Assembly (NCBI GenBank): GCA_032718475.1
Contig: JAUCBJ010000097.1
Location: 32,889-96,888, forward strand
Source: Nemertoderma westbladi
Lineage: Eukaryota > Animalia > Xenacoelomorpha
DNA: 64,000 nt
Reading direction: 5' to 3'
Shown: piece by piece, positions 63,522 through 64,000 of the stretch
Position numbering within the stretch: the first letter of the stretch is position 1
How the letters are laid out: each line of letters opens with the position of its first letter
Program-made: the position numbers and the translations under genes
Notes under the pieces: generated by a model
The model's input: only the letters and a program-made list of their open reading frames with translations
Databases searched by the model: none
What the model was told of the DNA's origin: nothing

Positions 63522-64000
63522 GTTAGTTTCCATGACTACTAGCAATGATATATTAAGGTGGTTTTATTGCTATAATAGGTTTGCTTTATTTTTGTATATT
63601 AAATTTTATACTTAAAATATTTATATATTTAAAACTTATGCTCAACTTTCTCATATACATCTAATTATTTATTAAATGGTAAATAATGTAGAACATTGTT
63701 TTCACTACTCGAGATATTTTCTTTACCGAGCGTAGCGAGGTTAATAAAGAATCGAGAGCCTAGTGAAAATATTTTATTTAACATGAAATACGTAGTTTTA
63801 TTTTTAAATGTAACATTATCTTCACTTCACACATTCTATTCTAGAACAAATTAATGTTTCTTCATTAAGACCTTCCCCTCCATTATGTCACTGGGTGCCA
63901 ACTCCACCAAAAAACATTCTAGAATAAGAAAAACCTGTTCTTGTACTATTTTTTTTAAGTATAGGGAAGACTTTCTACACCTTAAAAATACCAACAACTA

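Overview
Eukaryotic (probably invertebrate animal) genomic DNA. The window spans eight internal coding exons of a + strand anoctamin/TMEM16 gene, and the introns are filled with repeats. The main object is a very large BEL/Pao LTR retrotransposon (11811-37800; 1172-bp LTRs; 5-bp TSD CTTAT; about 18.7 kb without its nested insert). It has two unusual properties. First, it has no tRNA primer-binding site: the bases right after the 5' LTR are complementary to a segment inside its own LTR, as in Tf1-type self-priming. Second, it carries an intact 1417-aa extra ORF with motifs of a WRN/MUT-7-type DEDDy 3'-5' exonuclease plus CCHC zinc knuckles. An intact Gypsy element with a tRNA-Pro PBS is nested in its gag. 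Another intron begins with a ~16.5-kb satellite whose 22-bp unit is the gene's own exon/5' splice-site junction, interrupted by a hAT-type element. The window also holds 37-bp and 36-bp minisatellites (the latter apparently inside a tRNA-derived SINE), RTE-like and CRE-like LINE fragments, and a Tc1/mariner-like remnant. All domain calls are by-eye motif recognition; no searches were run.
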